Shown in pieces: positions 44,759-56,376 of a stretch of DNA of 64,000 bases. Below the pieces are notes generated by a model, which saw only the letters and a list, made by a program, of their open reading frames with translations, was not told where the DNA came from and did not search any database. The DNA lies in NCBI GenBank assembly GCA_977017575.1, contig CDRNVI010000040.1:1-64000 (forward strand), in the 5' to 3' direction. Source of the DNA: Paramoeba atlantica (lineage: Eukaryota; Protista; Discosea). Position 1 is the stretch's first letter, and each line of letters begins with the position of its first letter. Position numbers and translations under genes: made by a program.

Positions 44759-47700
44759 ATGGCGGAGGCCTCCGGACCGTTCGAAAGTGTGTTGGAAGTC
44801 TGTGGCAAACTTCGGACGGCCAGGTGTGGTCGGGGCAACCTTTTTCTGCCTCCACAGCAGAGGGGGGTTGGGACAAAACTCCGGCAGCGGGCCCTTTTAC
44901 AGATGTCAAAGGTTTTGGCTGTGGGAAAACGCGTGGCTGTTGTTTGGTGTATGGCTTATAACGAACGTATTACACTCTGGGAAGGGGTGGTTCACTCATC
45001 GCTTGATGGGTCTGGTTGGCTCGTCAAGTACGACTTGATGAATGGGCGCCTTCTCCCGTTTCCTCCGAGAGATGATCGTATCCATGTGCTAGGCGGCAGA
45101 GTTGGACTGCTTCCAAAATCTTTGCGCAAACGTAATCGGAAACGCAAATCCTGCTTTCGGCGTGGCTACCGAGAGCAGAGACCCAAGATCAAAGCTATGA
45201 GAGAGGGGTTTGCAGTAAGCACCATGAATGTAGATACTTTAAAGTGTAAAACCACAGACGAGTTTGCTCTACGTAAATGTTTCCGTTTGCATCAAGCTGT
45301 AGAGTTCATGCGAAGTTACGGCGTAACAATAATGGCCTTGCAGGAAACGCGACTATCGTTCAAGAGCGAGGAACCGATCATTCATCGTAGGCTCTATCTG
45401 GCTGGCATTAGTGTTAATATATATATTATGAGTGCAATAAAGGGCTATAACGGAATGGCAATGCTGAGTCTGCAACCCATGGGTGTTGAAAAGATCAATG
45501 ATCGCATTATGAAAGGAACAATGCATATTGGAAAGATGAAGGCGTGTATATTTAATGTTTACTCCCCGACGGCTGGTGCAAAGAAAGAGAAGCAAGAATC
45601 GTTTGATGAGGAGCTATTTGATGCTTGGCATGATTCACAATGTTCGCTAAAGATAATATGCGGAGACATGAACGCACCTTTGCAAGATCCAAATGGCAGA
45701 AAATGTTGTTCGGAAAGAGCGCAAGAATTTCGCAAATTCTTGGTAACCCTTGGATCTAAATCGGCTCATCAATGTTGCAGCGCAGAAAGAAAGTGGACTT
45801 ATAGGTTTCCACCTACGCCGAAACACCCTGATGGTCTAACAAAACAGCTTGATCATATCATAATAAATTCCCGTTTCAGCTCAGCATTTCGGTATCAGAA
45901 GGTGCTTTTGGCTCCCATACCTACGAGACACTGTGCAGTAATAGCAGGATTAAATATAAAATGGAGAGTGGCATGCAAACCTGGTAAGTTACAACCGTTT
46001 TGGGGATCCTTGAGAAACGAAACCATATGTGATACATTCGTGAAAAGTGTGGAGGAGTCAATTCAGGGGGGAAATAAACGGTCACGAGAAGGGTCAATTG
46101 GCCCCGCTTTATGGGATAAGCTATCGTCCGCAGTCAACTCCGCCGCAGAGAAATTACCCAGGAAAATTGCCAATATTGGAAAAGCTCCTGACTCGGAAAC
46201 TGACTCGCATTCCCTTGATATGAAAACTATTGTGCAAATTGCTCGAAATCGAAGGACTTTCGATACCTTTGCTCGAGAACACGGAAAAATGATTGAAGAA
46301 TGCGTGAAAGAAGAATGTGAAGTGATCCAAGAAAAGCTATATAAATGTCCAAAAAGCGCGTATCAAGCAATTCGCTATATTGTAGGGGAAAATCGAAAAG
46401 TATTCTCCATGTTCGGTGAAAATGTTCGAGACAGTATGTGCAGAGTGAGAGGACATTTTCAGGCGATAGGTAATCAATTAAATCAAATTTCCGAACCGGT
46501 AAACTTCCCTAACTGTAATAAAAGCTTAATTGGTATTGAGGATACGGAATTTACCCTAAAGGAGCTCAGAATTTCTCTGCAAAAAGTCAAATCTGGAAAA
46601 GCTTCAGGCTCCGACAACATTCCTATTGAGGCTCTCTCTACATTGGCTCGGAGCGAAGAAGCACTTGGCATGCTCTTGAACATAATAAATGAAGTAATGT
46701 GTACCGGTGCCGCGGCGGATAAATGGAAGATGATTCTGCAAGTGCCACTTCCAAAGAAAGGGAATCTCAATGATCTTACAAATTGGAGACCGATATGCAT
46801 TGTAAACCATGTGGTAAAGGTAATGAACCGGATGGTACTAGAGCGTATACAACCAGCTGTTGAGAATATGCTTCGCTCAAATCAGTTTGGATTTCGCCCG
46901 CACCGATCCACTGCCGGCGCACAGGCAACTTTCGTGGAAATAGCTACTAAAGCTTCGAGGGGAGAAGGTGTTGCGGTAGCGTTTGTTGACTTTAAGCAGG
47001 CATTTCCTTCCGTTACTTTCTCTGCAATACGAGATGCGCTGAGAGCATTCCACATACCGGAAAATATTACTAAAGTTATTATGAGCATGTATGAAGGCCT
47101 GAAATCTTATGTGAGGACGCCTCATGGTGACACCGAATCGTTTTCTATTGAAAATGGTACTCTACAAGGGGATGTGCTCGCGCCATATCTCTTTATTATG
47201 GTCCTCGACAGGATTATGGCAGAGGCCATTGACGCGAAGGGGTTGGGTGTCATTGCTTATTCCACCGGGACGAAGAGTCGCGGCGAAAAGCACCTCCGAA
47301 TTTCTGATGTGGCATATGCAGATGACGTAGTTCTCTTCGCTTCTTCTAGGTCTGAACTCTCCGAAATGCTAGAAAACCTGTGCAAGTATGCAAAGAGGGC
47401 AAACCTTCAGGTAAATCTGGGCAAAAACAAGACCGCATGGATGGTTCTAGGAAAAATTGATGACATGACAGCTCCCCTTCTAGTCCCAAGTGTTGGAGAA
47501 ATCCCCCGAGTATACAAATATAAATATCTTGGAAGTACACAAGAGAATGAAAATCGTCATGTAGCCCCACAAGAACGCATTCGTCTAGGATGGGCCACAA
47601 TGCATAAACTTCATGCGATATGGAACTCACCCATTCAAGTCGCAAGTCGGTTAAAAATATTTCGAACACTTGTTATGCCTGTTATTAATTACAACTGCGG

Positions 47701-49060
47701 CACGTGGAATATTTCATCGAATCAAATGAGCGAATTGGACGTACAAGTCAGCAAAATGCGAAGATGGGTATGCGGAGTAGGGAAAAGATGGAAAACGGGA
47801 AAGTGCATTCGTCTTGAATCTCTTTATCAAGATGACTTGAAACTCAGCACAGCATCAAAAATACAACGTGCTCAACTTATTGGCCATCTTGTTCGACATG
47901 AATCGCCGTTTAGCCTAGCCATTCTGTGGCGCGTGCAAGACAAATCATCATATCCTTCGATCTCTGAATTATGCGCAAAAGATTTAAATCTTTCAATAGA
48001 AGAAGTCATACATTCGTCTCGGGACCGCGCCTTATGGAGGTCAAGCGTTGATCGACTACGAAATCGGATCGAACCACGCCCTGATTATGTACCCATCGAA
48101 GCAAAATCATGGGAAAAACGAGCAATGGTTGCACGAAAAGAGAGTCAATATAAATCACTACAATTCGTCGAAGAAGGCGCATTGCCATTCCCAAATATTT
48201 CCCCAGCCGTACACATGTATACTGATGGCTCTCTTAAAACAACGAAATCGAAAGTTACTTCTGGATGCGGAATCGTGTGGTGGGGGGGTGGTATTGAGAA
48301 GTCCTTAATGGGAGTACGACCTCCTACGGATATTGAGCTCACCATAACTGCGGTAGAGCTCTATGCCGTATATGAGGCACTGAATCTTGCGGCACATTAT
48401 GGGCAGGACATTGTATTACACACAGACTCAAAATACGTATGGGAATTCTTCCACATTATAAGGCATCGATTTTGCATAGTTGGGTTTCAATTATTCCAGA
48501 GCGCACAACTACTCAAGAAGATACAACTTTTGTGTTCTAAGATCGAGCAAAATAGCAATGTATATTGCATCAAAACCAGAGGGCATGAAGGAAACCCGCA
48601 CAACGCAACCTCAGACTGGCTCGCTAAACGAGCTTGCGCACATCAAGACGAAAACCCTTCCTTTACTTACCGCGGTTTTGATATCGTGACCAATCAAAAG
48701 AGGAAAGGTAACGAAATTCAAAACAATATGAAAAAGAACAAAAACAAAAATACGAAATTACCAGAGTTTGCGCACACACCTATCGAAATGTCTCCTACGC
48801 ACTCTATAAGCACGAAAAATAAAGGTAACCTGATAAATGAAAAGGGGAAACGATCAAGATCCAAGAACAAGCGTGAAAATGCGAATACGCACAGCAACCA
48901 AAAAGCACGAAAAACTGATGGAAAGAGGAGTACGAATACATATTCACCAGGATTAGCAGAGGTAACTTTAGCAAGAAAGCATCCACAAAGAAAGCGAGCT
49001 AATTGTGAAGAGGAGTGCAAGAGAACTCGAAAGGGGGGGAGCTCTTCTTCTAAAACGTGA
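44759..49060 (+). CDS. LINE2 polyprotein, intact (N-terminal module, APE, RT, RNase H), 1433 aa
   Basis: STMNV, LQETR, FNVYSPT, GDMNA, QLDHII; NWRPIC, QFGFRP, QGDVLAP, YADD; YTDGS, AVEL, HTDSKY, TRGHEGNPHN. Confidence 0.9.
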   Translation: MAEASGPFESVLEVCGKLRTARCGRGNLFLPPQQRGVGTKLRQRALLQMSKVLAVGKRVAVVWCMAYNERITLWEGVVHSSLDGSGWLVKYDLMNGRLLPFPPRDDRIHVLGGRVGLLPKSLRKRNRKRKSCFRRGYREQRPKIKAMREGFAVSTMNVDTLKCKTTDEFALRKCFRLHQAVEFMRSYGVTIMALQETRLSFKSEEPIIHRRLYLAGISVNIYIMSAIKGYNGMAMLSLQPMGVEKINDRIMKGTMHIGKMKACIFNVYSPTAGAKKEKQESFDEELFDAWHDSQCSLKIICGDMNAPLQDPNGRKCCSERAQEFRKFLVTLGSKSAHQCCSAERKWTYRFPPTPKHPDGLTKQLDHIIINSRFSSAFRYQKVLLAPIPTRHCAVIAGLNIKWRVACKPGKLQPFWGSLRNETICDTFVKSVEESIQGGNKRSREGSIGPALWDKLSSAVNSAAEKLPRKIANIGKAPDSETDSHSLDMKTIVQIARNRRTFDTFAREHGKMIEECVKEECEVIQEKLYKCPKSAYQAIRYIVGENRKVFSMFGENVRDSMCRVRGHFQAIGNQLNQISEPVNFPNCNKSLIGIEDTEFTLKELRISLQKVKSGKASGSDNIPIEALSTLARSEEALGMLLNIINEVMCTGAAADKWKMILQVPLPKKGNLNDLTNWRPICIVNHVVKVMNRMVLERIQPAVENMLRSNQFGFRPHRSTAGAQATFVEIATKASRGEGVAVAFVDFKQAFPSVTFSAIRDALRAFHIPENITKVIMSMYEGLKSYVRTPHGDTESFSIENGTLQGDVLAPYLFIMVLDRIMAEAIDAKGLGVIAYSTGTKSRGEKHLRISDVAYADDVVLFASSRSELSEMLENLCKYAKRANLQVNLGKNKTAWMVLGKIDDMTAPLLVPSVGEIPRVYKYKYLGSTQENENRHVAPQERIRLGWATMHKLHAIWNSPIQVASRLKIFRTLVMPVINYNCGTWNISSNQMSELDVQVSKMRRWVCGVGKRWKTGKCIRLESLYQDDLKLSTASKIQRAQLIGHLVRHESPFSLAILWRVQDKSSYPSISELCAKDLNLSIEEVIHSSRDRALWRSSVDRLRNRIEPRPDYVPIEAKSWEKRAMVARKESQYKSLQFVEEGALPFPNISPAVHMYTDGSLKTTKSKVTSGCGIVWWGGGIEKSLMGVRPPTDIELTITAVELYAVYEALNLAAHYGQDIVLHTDSKYVWEFFHIIRHRFCIVGFQLFQSAQLLKKIQLLCSKIEQNSNVYCIKTRGHEGNPHNATSDWLAKRACAHQDENPSFTYRGFDIVTNQKRKGNEIQNNMKKNKNKNTKLPEFAHTPIEMSPTHSISTKNKGNLINEKGKRSRSKNKRENANTHSNQKARKTDGKRSTNTYSPGLAEVTLARKHPQRKRANCEEECKRTRKGGSSSSKT

Positions 49061-52000
49061 TTTTGGAAGCCCAAAAGTTGAATGGAGTATCATTTTATTT
49101 ATTTTGTTTATTTATTTTTACTTTTATTTTATATTCAATAATGCGATCAATTGGTCTGTTTCAGCAGTTGAAGAGGGGGTTGTGAGACGAAGGGTTGTTC
49201 ATATATTTATATATATATTTATAAATTGTATTTATACGTTATTATTTGTTTTAGTTGTGTTTCGCCAGCAGATAAGGTGGCCAAGTGTATGGGAGGTGAG
49301 TTGGAGGACATTTTCGCCCTATAGGGCCATTCTCATAAGAAAGTAATGAGGATGCACGAGTTCTTGGCTGCAGATGGACTCTTTGCGCGTAAATTTTATG
49401 TGAGTTTACATGGAGAAGTGTTTATGTTTATGGTGTAAATTCTAAACCCCCCAGCTGATACATATGTATCAGTGTCTTTGTTGTTTTGTTGTTGTGGGTA
49501 CACTGACCGACTTTACGAACCACATGCTCGCGGGGCAAGTGCCGCTCGAAGTTCAGTGCTATTTCGCTGGAGGCCGCTTATGCGCGTTAAAGAAAGGGGA
49601 GCGCGACGTGCGGCCAATAGCGGCCGGAGAGACGCTCCGTCGCCTGGTGAGCAAAGTCGCCTGTCTCTCCGCCAAAACAACAGCTCGTAAGCTCTTCAAA
49701 GGACACCAATACGGTGTGGCCACTCCAGCAGGGTCTGAGCGCGTCATCCATCGATGCAGACAGACATTCGATTCTCACGTTGATGACAATGACTTCATTC
49801 TATGCAAAATTGACCTGAAAAACGCATTTAACCATGTCTCACGGGACTGGATCATTGCCCTTACTCGCGAACACTTTCCCGCTCTCAGTCACTACGTAGA
49901 TTGGTGTTACTCTTCGGACAGCCTACTTACTTTCGGAACACGCACCATTCCGTCTTCTGAAGGAGTGCAACAAGGCGACCCCTTAGGTCCTCTCCTTTTT
50001 TCCCTGGTTCTGAGAGAAGTAGCGGCGGAAATTCACGCAGTAGCCCCAATGCTCGATTTGAATCTGTGGTATCTGGACGACGGGGTGCTGGCTGGATCAT
50101 CTGCTGATGTGCGGCACGCATTCGACGTGCTGGAAATCAAAGGACCACAACGGGGACTCCATATCAACGCCGCTAAATGTGAACTCGCCTTACACCCCTC
50201 ATCATCTCCTCGCGCCTCCGTTTTCCCTGACATCCCTGGCCCGAATAAAAATTTCGAGGGTAATTTCAACATTTTAGGTAGCCCAGTCGGATCCACTGAA
50301 TACTGTCATAAATTCCATTTGGACAATGCCTTCGAACTGGCCCAAGATTCCCTAACCGCTATAACTTTGCTCGAGGATCCCCAGATCGCTCTCTCCCTCA
50401 TCCGGCATTGTACAGGCTTCTGCAAGATGGTCTACTCTCTCCGTACCACCCCGACATCTGCACTGCAAGATATTTGTCGACGCCTGGACGACACTGTTCA
50501 GTCCACTCTCGAAAACTTTTTCCACCCACTTGGCGATGACGCCCGGCGACAGACACAACGAGACAAGCGCTTCGGAGGGCTAGGGCTCCGTTCAGCAGAG
50601 GAACATTCCTCTTCTGCTTACGTGGCCTCCGTGGCATTCGCATCAAGGAAGGATGGCTGGGCCCCCACCGAAGCGAAAGGTTTCGAAGAAGCAGTGAGCG
50701 ATGTCAACAATCGCGCTGGACTAAATCTGGTAGACGGCGAAAATGGCACAATACCCAAGAGCATGGTTGTGTCAGATCGTTCCCTCTTTAGTACTATCGA
50801 AGCGAGCGAATCTAGAAATGAAGCGGTAGTTCCCAGACAACGGGATCTCAGTCACTCGATCTCTTCCCAGGAATACAACAACGCGCTTAATACCGCTGAC
50901 CCGCGGACGAGGGCCCGATGGATCTCTGAAACGGGGGAAGGAGCGTCGGAGTGGGCATTTGTTTTGCCTTCCAAGAAGAACGGTCACGCATATACCCCGA
51001 CAGAGTTCCGGATGCTGGTACGCTGGTGGCTTGGGGAGAACATATACCCCGGCACCCGACCTTGCCCCATGGACAAATGCACGCAGCCGCTTGGTCCAGA
51101 GGGGGATCACGCGATGTCGTGCAAAAGCGGGCATGGTATCATTTCCCGACACAATGCTCTGGCAACACAGTTTGCGGCGGAGTGTTCCAAGGCCGGGCTC
51201 GCCCCCAAACGAGAGGTCAGCCTGGGAAACAAGGGTCCGGGGGGCACCCTCACTAGGCCTGCAGATGTCTTTATAGACAGCCACCTCGGTCGGTCCCTTG
51301 TACTCGACTTCGCTGTCACCCATGTCCAGCAACAAAAGTATACGGACACAGTCCGTGACGCTAACTGGGTGACGGCGGGGTCGTTCGCGGAACAATATGC
51401 CACCGTGAACAAGAGCATGCAACGCGCAGAGGCGACTGCAGCACACTTTAAGTTCGGAGCTATGGTCGTAGAATCCTACGGCTCGTGGTGTCCCAGCGCA
51501 ATGTCTGTTCTCCGAGAGGTCGCAGTAGCTAGGGCGGCTAAATCGGGCAGTGACATATCGAAGGGGGCGGCCTTACATCAGATTCTCACAGCTCTGAATG
51601 TAACACTGATGAGGTCGCAGGCCCGAATGCTAGTCTTGCGATTACCCGCAACGGGCCCCGACCTGGCTCTCCTGGGGTACGGGAAGGAAGAGTAGCAAGC
51701 GGCCAAGAGGTGGAAAACCTCGTGGGCAAGGGTGGGGCGGTAAGTGTCGTGGTTGCTTTGCTTGGTTCCTGGTTCTGCAGGGGGGTTGTGGCCAGCGTCG
51801 GACGGTCCTGCGGGCAATAAGGTCCGGGGTAGTGAGAGAGGTGGCAGGTTGAGGTTTGCTCGTTTCGGGTTTGCTTGGGCATAGATTGCTTGTTTTTATT
51901 GTTATTGTTTTTATTGTTCTTATACTTACGGGAGATCGAATTGCTAGTTTTGGGCTCCAAAATATGAAATTGCTAATTTGATTGCTTGTTAAAAAAAAAA

Positions 52001-52144
52001 TTTGATTGCTTATTTTCAACTCGTATACCCCCCCCAATGGACCTACTTGGTTCGTCTACTGGGTCAAAATATAGAGGCAATGCCGCGATTCATACTCCTC
52101 CCCCCTTATTAATTGCAAAAAAAAAAAAAAAAAAAAAAGACAAG

Positions 52145-52176
52145 AACGATAAAGATACAGTTTCTGTACCTTGTTG
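52145..52176 (+). other. Spliced-leader exon relic at the 5' end of CRE2b
   Basis: Same 32-mer; ATG at 52221. Confidence 0.85.
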
Positions 52177-52220
52177 AATTATTTTTATTAACCCACTATT
52201 TTCCCTAGCAGGGTCTCACC

Positions 52221-55200
52221 ATGCCACACGACGACCTCTTCGATGCGAATGCAGTACCCATGGACGACGACTCTTTCCGTCAGGAAGAAATTTCGCACAA
52301 CACGGGTGCTTGGGACCAATTTGCAGGAAACGCACATTTAATTCCCGGTCAGAGCTCCTACGATGAACTCTTGTACACAACACCGATTCCCAAACATATC
52401 CCCAAACACTGGGCAAAAAGAGCCGCCAAGATCGCCGGAGAGGCTCCCACGCCGGACACGGGAAGAATGACGGAAGATGAAGAGACGAATCACTCCCTCG
52501 TCGTGGAAGCAAGCCCGAGAAACACACCGGAGGTTCCTGACGCCCAAGTACCTTCTCCAAACAAGGCCTCGAAGCGCAAGAACATAAATCCGGTACCGAT
52601 CCCGCAGCACTGTACTCAGCGCGTATGCCCAGCTGAAGGATGCACTTGGAAGACTCCTCCTCACGGTGGGCAATGGCAAGCATTTTACAATCATGTGGCC
52701 CACCGACACGGAGAAAGCGTACCAACCACTTGGTGGGAGGGGGAGGGAAGATTTCTTTGCAAGGACTGCTGCAGGCACTACGATAAGAACAAGGAGAATT
52801 CTCACCCCAAACAGTGCAAAGGCCGTAACCACCCCGTGCGATCTCAAACCCCACCTAGGCCAACGACAAGTCTCGAAAATGCAACTGAAATTCCTCCAGA
52901 AAACATGCTACCAACGTTGAGCTCTATCTGCGCGCTGCCCATAAGCACATGCAAAGATGTCCCCCATTCCTGTAGGTTTCTATGGGCGAGCATTTTGACA
53001 CAGGTCATGACATCTGCTGTGCAAGAAAACACAGTGGAGGCATGGACGTTACTGGCAATGCTCCCTAAATGCGTCTTACCTGCACCTTACCGAGGCGGTC
53101 GCAAAGGACACACGTCATACTCTACATACGTGGAAAAAAGCATGGAACTCTGGCTAGAAGGGGAGTACCTCTTGCTCTGGGAACAGGCCCTAAAGGATCA
53201 CGCCAAAAAACGCTCCAAGCCTAGAAGTTCCGAAAATGAAGAAGAAAGAGCGGCAATCAGGGCAGAAATACTGTCACGTCAAGGGGAATACTCTAGGGGA
53301 ATAGCCGCTCTAACCGCAGCACCCATGGCGCCGGACAACGAGGAGACCCTTGCGAAGCTTCTAGAAAAGCACCCAAATCCTCACGAAAACCCACTTGAGA
53401 ACGATCTTCCACCGATTGAGGGTAATCCCCTGCGTCTGGAGGAAGTGGAAGTCAGGAAAGCGGTCGAAAGTTTTCGCAGAGGGTCTTCTGCCGGAACAAT
53501 GGGTCTACGTCCAGAACACATCCAGGCCGCCATTTTGGAACACGCCAACAAGAAGGTGGGTCCTCTTTCGTCCCTCACTCGCCTCGTGAACCACATGCTC
53601 CAAGGAAAGGCACCGCCAGAGGTACAACTGTTCTACGCTGGAGCCCGTCTCTGCGCTCTGGAGAAAGGTGAAGAAGATGTCCGACCCATAGCAGCAGGCG
53701 AAACCCTCAGACGTCTAGTAAGCAAAGCGGCATGCGTCGCCGTAAAGGAGAAGGCTGAAACTTTATTCCGGGGAAGACAGTATGGTGTGGCTGCATCCGC
53801 GGGGGCCGAACGAGTAATTCATCTGTGCCGGAAAACAATGCTAAACAACATGGGGAGCGACAGTCTTGTTCTCTGTAAGGTAGACCTCAGAAATGCGTTC
53901 AACAACGTCAGCAGGCCTGTCTTCACTTTGCTCACACGTCTCAATTTTCCAGAACTTTCACCCTGGGTGGAATGGTGCTACACAAACCCGAGTTGTCTTA
54001 CCTACGGGAATCACTTCCTATCCTCAGCCGAAGGCGTCCAGCAAGGTGACCCATTGGGTCCGCTTCTCTTCTCTCTAGTCCTTTCTGGGGTAACCGAGGA
54101 AATATCATCCCGATCAAACCTAGATTCGCAACTATGGTATTTGGACGACGGAGTTCTCATGGGGGAGGCGGCGGAGGTTCGAAAGGCGCTTGATGTTTTT
54201 TCCGAGGTTGGTTCACAATGCGGGCTATTTCTGAATCCGAACAAGTGTGAAATAATAACGCCACCTGCCTCAGCCCATCACACGACTTTATTTCCGGAAA
54301 TACCTACCGCCAAAATTCGTGTTGACGGGAATTTCGATATTCTCGGATCCCCGATTGGGTCTGCGGAGCACTGCGCGGAGTTCCTAATGTCTCACGCCAT
54401 CGAACCCGCACGCGAGACTCTCGCAGCAATAGGGCTAATAGGCGATCCACAAGTTGCCATCGCCCTCATCCGCCAGTGCACTGGCTTCTGCCAAATGGTG
54501 TACGCTCTCCGCACCACACCCCCCCAGGCTCTTTTTCAACTTTGTAGCCTACTAGACGAAACCGTTCTTAAAGCTGTCGAGTGGGCACTTTTCCCCCTGG
54601 AACCCCACGCACGTGACCAAATCCAACGAAGGAAACGCCACGGAGGTTTCGGCCTTAGGTCTGCAACACTCCACGCGACAGCCGCTTACGTTTCTTCCGT
54701 CGCGCACGCCGCCGACATAGACGACTGGGATCCTACAGAGGCTGATGGATTCGCCATTTCGGTACAAGACGTAAACCGTAAAGCAGGAGTAGCGCTAGTG
54801 GATCCCAACACGGGGCGCACACCCAAGCAGGACAAGCCACTCCCATACTCAGGCCACCATCACAACTTCCTCCCGAAAAGGAAACGCCCACGGAGCACTC
54901 AAAACAAAATGGAAGCGGACAGGGCAACCGCGCCGGAGATGGTCATCCCTCGACAGCAGCAACTCAGCCAGGCTATCTCACAGCAGGAATTCACCACAGC
55001 ATACGAGCAGGCTGACCCTCGCACTCGCGCACGGTGGGTTTCAGAGTCGGGTAAGGGAGCAGGTAGCTGGGCTTTCGTGACGCCCTCTAGGAGCAAAGGA
55101 TACGCCTTCACACCAACAGAGTTCCGCACGCTGTCCCGCTGGTGGCTGGGATCCGACATCTATCAAGAAGATCGCCCTTGCCCAGCGAAGGGATGCATAT

Positions 55201-55799
55201 TACCTCTGCAGAAAAATGGGGAACATGCATTGTTATGTAAGAACGGACATGGCCTCATCACCCGTCACAACGCGGTCTGTGAGCAATTCACAGCATTCTG
55301 CAGAAAAGCCGACATAGCTCCGCAAAGGGAGAAAAGCCTGGGAAATCGTGGTCCAAGAGGGGGTCTCACCAGACCTGCTGACGTGTTTCTCCCGAATTAC
55401 ACCCTGGGAAGTGGTATGGTGTTAGACTTCGCAGTCACCCACGCACAGCAACTAAAGTATTTGGACTCTGTCCGGAATGCTAGCTGGGTGGCTGCAGGAT
55501 CTTTCGCTGAACACTACTCAGCAACGAAGGATAAACAACGCCAGGAAGCGGAGGAAGCGAAATTACTTTTTACGGCCATGGTAGTTGAATCCTTTGGCTC
55601 GTGGAGTAAAAGCGCGATGGCTGTTTTGTGGAAGGTGGGGGCGTTACGCGCAAACGCGTCAAACGGTCTACTCACAGACACTCAAGCCCGAAATGACCTT
55701 CTCAAAGAGCTGAACGTGGCTCTCATGCGCTCCCAGGCCCGGATGATGGTCTCTAGGATAGTCGTCAGTGACCCTGACGCTCCCCTGGAAGGGGCCTAA
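52221..55799 (+). CDS. CRE2b polyprotein, intact (LsmAD-like, Zn fingers, RT, RLE), 1192 aa
   Basis: WDQFAGN..SSYDELLYTT; CP..GC..H...H and C..C..H fingers; QQGDPLGPLLF; WYLDDG; RHNAV; RPADVF; VLDFAVTH. Confidence 0.9.
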   Translation: MPHDDLFDANAVPMDDDSFRQEEISHNTGAWDQFAGNAHLIPGQSSYDELLYTTPIPKHIPKHWAKRAAKIAGEAPTPDTGRMTEDEETNHSLVVEASPRNTPEVPDAQVPSPNKASKRKNINPVPIPQHCTQRVCPAEGCTWKTPPHGGQWQAFYNHVAHRHGESVPTTWWEGEGRFLCKDCCRHYDKNKENSHPKQCKGRNHPVRSQTPPRPTTSLENATEIPPENMLPTLSSICALPISTCKDVPHSCRFLWASILTQVMTSAVQENTVEAWTLLAMLPKCVLPAPYRGGRKGHTSYSTYVEKSMELWLEGEYLLLWEQALKDHAKKRSKPRSSENEEERAAIRAEILSRQGEYSRGIAALTAAPMAPDNEETLAKLLEKHPNPHENPLENDLPPIEGNPLRLEEVEVRKAVESFRRGSSAGTMGLRPEHIQAAILEHANKKVGPLSSLTRLVNHMLQGKAPPEVQLFYAGARLCALEKGEEDVRPIAAGETLRRLVSKAACVAVKEKAETLFRGRQYGVAASAGAERVIHLCRKTMLNNMGSDSLVLCKVDLRNAFNNVSRPVFTLLTRLNFPELSPWVEWCYTNPSCLTYGNHFLSSAEGVQQGDPLGPLLFSLVLSGVTEEISSRSNLDSQLWYLDDGVLMGEAAEVRKALDVFSEVGSQCGLFLNPNKCEIITPPASAHHTTLFPEIPTAKIRVDGNFDILGSPIGSAEHCAEFLMSHAIEPARETLAAIGLIGDPQVAIALIRQCTGFCQMVYALRTTPPQALFQLCSLLDETVLKAVEWALFPLEPHARDQIQRRKRHGGFGLRSATLHATAAYVSSVAHAADIDDWDPTEADGFAISVQDVNRKAGVALVDPNTGRTPKQDKPLPYSGHHHNFLPKRKRPRSTQNKMEADRATAPEMVIPRQQQLSQAISQQEFTTAYEQADPRTRARWVSESGKGAGSWAFVTPSRSKGYAFTPTEFRTLSRWWLGSDIYQEDRPCPAKGCILPLQKNGEHALLCKNGHGLITRHNAVCEQFTAFCRKADIAPQREKSLGNRGPRGGLTRPADVFLPNYTLGSGMVLDFAVTHAQQLKYLDSVRNASWVAAGSFAEHYSATKDKQRQEAEEAKLLFTAMVVESFGSWSKSAMAVLWKVGALRANASNGLLTDTQARNDLLKELNVALMRSQARMMVSRIVVSDPDAPLEGA

Positions 55800-56213
55800 G
55801 GGATCTCGGGAATACCCACTGGGACATAAACCGCTGGTCCGGATGCTGGTCGGTGCCGACAGGGTCTATGCTCACGCCTAGTCCGTCAGGGCTAGGTACC
55901 CCAAGTGAGGTAGGACAAGGGTAGGGAACTTTGTTCCCCCCCGTCGGCCAGCATCATGCTCCGCGACCGTGCCGCTGTCGGCACAGGCCCATTGCTTGCG
56001 CCCTCTCGTACAACAAGAGAAGGGTTAACAAGGCAAGCTGGGAGTGGTCGAAAGACCCGGTTCGGAACATGCATGAGGAAGATGGGAGCGCGAATGGATT
56101 GGAGAAGACCTCGCCTCCCCCCTTCTTTATCATCAAAAACCCTCTTGTGGCGTAGGTGCGAGGCGAGGCAGAGGGAGACCTTACCCTCCCTGGAAAGGTG
56201 GAAGTTCGGTAAG

Positions 56214-56293
56214 GGGAAGTGGGAAAGTTGGGAAGTGGGAAAGTTGGGAAGTGGGAAAGTTGGGAAGTGGGAAGGTTGGGAAGTGGGAAAGTT
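56214..56293 (+). repeat. 16-bp G-rich tandem repeat (GGGAAGTGGGAAAGTT) x5 in the CRE2b 3' UTR
   Basis: Ten GGG runs read directly from the sequence. Confidence 0.85.
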
Positions 56294-56376
56294 GGTTTGC
56301 TAGTTTTTATATAGTTGTTAAAAAGAGGAAAAAGATTTAAATAAAGAAAAATATAATCTTTAAAAAAAAAAAAAAA

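Larger units (their letters stand above)
40510..49494 (+). mobile_element. LINE2: RTE-like APE-RT-RNase H element with a 4.2-kb 5' 18-mer array and TTG-rich tail
   Basis: TGGGTACACTGACC duplicated at 40496-40509 and 49495-49508. Confidence 0.9.
38857..52138 (+). mobile_element. CRE2a: CRE family II element, 5'-truncated, interrupted by LINE2, ending in poly(A)
   Basis: ORF pieces 38857-40509 and 49495-51695 rejoin in frame (..DPLGTLT-DFTNHMLAG..); QQGDPLGPLLF, WYLDDG, RHNAL, RPADVF, LVLDFAVTH; A22 at 52117-52138. Confidence 0.88.
52145..56376 (+). mobile_element. CRE2b: full-length CRE family II element
   Basis: SL relic, intact ORF, 3' UTR, A-run 56362-56376. Confidence 0.85.

Noticed and set aside
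40328-44909. Long repeat-peptide ORFs ((LNTKSG)n, (LIQKVV)n, (LRPLFV)n) and (KTFPYC)n at 8300-9370
   Set aside because: These arise automatically from stop-free frames of an 18-bp unit; the real ORFs start at 9371 and 44759.
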